DNA from: Zygnema circumcarinatum SAG 698-1b
Taxonomy: Eukaryota; Plantae; Zygnematophyceae
Assembly (NCBI GenBank): GCA_037447605.1
Contig: CM074804.1
Location: 5,371,909-5,435,908, forward strand
Direction of reading: 5' to 3'
DNA length: 64,000 nt
Shown here: in pieces, positions 61,462 through 64,000 of the stretch
Layout of the letters: every line of letters begins with the position of its first letter
How positions within the stretch are numbered: position 1 is the stretch's first letter
The notes under the pieces: model-generated
What the model was told of the DNA's origin: nothing
Database searches by the model: none
What the model saw: the letters and a program-made list of their open reading frames with translations, nothing else
Program-made: the position numbers and the translations under genes

Positions 61462-64000
61462 TGTTGATGTATAGGTACATCAAGGTGTTGGTACTTAGTT
61501 CCTCGCATGAATGTTGTCCGGGAGATCATGCGTTGGTGTAGGGACAAATGTCATGCATGAATGGTCATGTTTGGTATAAGACCAAACATGGGGGATGCCC
61601 AAAGTGTTAGGGCATGGTACGGAAGGTCTAGGGAAGGTCTAGGGTCGTAGGATTGCGGCTTAGGCTTAGACCGTACCAAAGGGGGTGCGCTGGATGCGCA
61701 TTAATTGATTTGGAGCGCGNNNNNNNNNNAGGGTCACGTGACAATGGCCGCCATGGTATATGAGGGAGCAAGCTTACTCACTCATACTCACTCTGAACGT
61801 TATGCTGCTCAACCTTCGTGTTAGGAAGAGTAGGCAGAGGCTGAGGCCTTGAGGAGTCCGGCCTTGTGTAGGAGGTCGTGAAAGAACTATCTCTCATCAT
61901 GGTTAACTCTAGTGAAAGAGTTAGAGATGTGTCCCTCTCGTGTTGAGGTAGAGGAGAAGTTCAAGCAAGCATATAGTGCTTAGCTACTGCAGTTGGGGTG
62001 TAAGCTGCCTATCAGTGGATAGGGTAGTGCTCATGAGAGGAGGAGAATCGGGCATAAGGTTATATGTAGATTTCCTAAGAGAGCTTGTATTACACCTATG
62101 AATGTTAAGGAGTTTTAGGGCCGAGGGCTTTCTCCTTATACTTGTGTCATTTGTCACATGTGAATCCTTGTGTTGGATTGGAGTGATGGATGAGTGGAGG
62201 CGACCATTGTATGGGCGGTGTGTCGCATCACACGTGGAGACCATTGGAGGAGCGTGGAGCTGAAGGAGCCGAGACCATGGAGGAGATGAAGAAGTGTTCT
62301 TGTAGGTGGCGCGTTTTGTTATCCGCTGTGCGCACCTGGTGAGGGGAGGAAGAGAAGGCATATCGTGGCGGAAGCGGTATGTGGCCTAAGTAGAAGTGGA
62401 AGAAGTTTTGGAGTGTTCACTCAAGCATGTTTTATCCTTCCACTAGTCTCTCCATTCTGCCCCCTCACACCAACAAGTGGTATCAGAGCTTATGGTTGAA
62501 GTCTTGGAGCATTTGGTGCTTAAGGTTCAGTCCTAGCTTATGGGTGAAATCCTGAAGAGTGCCAAGTGATAGTGAGGGTCCTGGAGCATACTGAAGTGAG
62601 GGATGCAGTTCCTTGAGAGTATGAGTTCCAAAGGGAGAGATCCTTGACTAGAGAAAGAGCTAAAGGGATAGTTCTTTGGGGTAGCCTAATGGTTGGCTCA
62701 AAGGTACTCAAGAGGATAGATATGGTCAAACTCTTAGTCACGTTCATGGTTTCGTTTGTAGCAAGCAAGTTGCCAAAATAGTCAGCTTGGAGAAGCTACA
62801 GGAAGGAGAGAATGCGTTTAGAGTTCTAGTCTTGACAGCTCGATGGAAAGAGTGCGAAAGAAGGCTAGATTAACGACATTGGAATTGGCATTGTTTTGGG
62901 AGACTTGGCTCAATGGAGTCAAGGTCCGGCGGCGTGGAGGTGGTGCATTGAGTTGCACACATTCGAGGTGACCCAACTCAGCGGAGTTGGAGGTGGCAGC
63001 GTGAGAGACGCACAAGCAAGGGTGGACTTACCTTTCGGAAGCTTGTATGCTCGGATATGTCGAAGGCGAAGTTGCTTCATCAAAGGATTCGAGAGGAGGA
63101 CTTGACAGCACTTCGAGAAGTGGAGAGGGCTCCAGTGCCATATCGAGATTGCCATGGTATGTGGAGGGGATGACCCTTCAAGCACACTCTTGGGATTAGA
63201 GACTAGCTTTGGAGTTAGAGACTAATGAACTAGAATCTTCACATACGTTGTGGGAGAGGCTAGGAGAGGTGCAGGGTGGCAAGGAGTGCCACGGATAGAA
63301 AGAGTTCACTTCAAATGCGTTTGGGGTGAAGGAGGCCCAAGATCTAGGGTCTAAGAGAGAGAGCTGCCCAAGGAACCATTGCTTAAATCCTGACTAGTCT
63401 GGTGGACAGAGCTAGTGGAATTGATAGTCACTAAGATGTTAGTGATGGACCACTAAGGAGGAGTTTAGGGAATTCCCCAAGGAGTAGTGGAGGAGATCAA
63501 TTCGGAGGTAGGAAGGTCGCAACTTCCTATGAGGAGTCTACTTCACGGAGGAGTAGATGTAGCAAAGGAGTAGAATGGATAGAGTCAAAAGGAATTGACA
63601 ACCATTCAAGGAGGGGCAAGGCTGAAGTCGGACGAGGAGGATTCCACTCCAAGTCGACATTTTGGAGCCGTGAGCTCGTGGAGATCACATTGCTAACGGA
63701 CTTGCAGGGCTTATCTTGTGGAGGGATCATTCGGATCCAAGGAGACGGCATGGTGGCTCAAGTGTGTCCAGACGTGGACTTGATCTTTGTTTGAAGAGTT
63801 TGCTGGGAGTGCACGCCTAGTTTACTCGGGAGCAAGGAATAGAGACCTTATTGAAGGAGGAGCCGAGTTGCTGATCTCAAAAGGAGTCAAGAGAAGCTGG
63901 TGGATCTCGAAGGAGAAGTGGCGTACAGCTGTCATGGAAGACAAGGTGAAGTACCTTTAGGCCACAAAATTTTGTTTGAAATTTTCCTTAAAAGGTGAAT
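61462..64000 (+). mobile_element. Family B element, copy 2 (LTR start 61462, gap, LTR end 62475, PBS 62478-62489, internal region to the window end)
   Basis: 61462-61719 matches the family B LTR start; perfect TGGTATCAGAGC; 62490-64000 aligns with 42459-43980. The post-gap LTR part differs from the copy 1 LTR. Confidence 0.75.

Overview
Intron-rich eukaryotic nuclear DNA from a draft assembly with ten 10-N gaps. The host is inferred to be a green plant, probably a streptophyte alga or non-seed plant (plant-type RNase H1, tRNA-iMet-primed copia elements, chromovirus). The left 26 kb holds two spliced minus-strand genes. One is an RNase H1 (hybrid-binding domain plus RNase H, 3281-6751). The other is a ~12 kb secreted G8/TMEM2-like gene (13729-25774) whose C-terminal half has three bacterial-type galactose-binding-like domains and two MopE-like Cys/Asp repeats; it is the most unusual object here. 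MITEs, a 1.8 kb foldback palindrome and composite microsatellites lie around and between the genes. The right 38 kb is a nest of Ty1/copia, Ty3/gypsy (chromovirus) and non-autonomous LTR elements whose nesting order can be read from target-site duplications (AAAAG, ATGCT, CAATG, GGGTG, CTCCTGGC). In several copia families the gag frame starts inside the LTR and reads through the PBS. Patchy indel noise and exact duplications beside gaps mean some frameshifts and rearrangements may be assembly artefacts. All protein-family calls come from motif recognition by eye; no database search was run.
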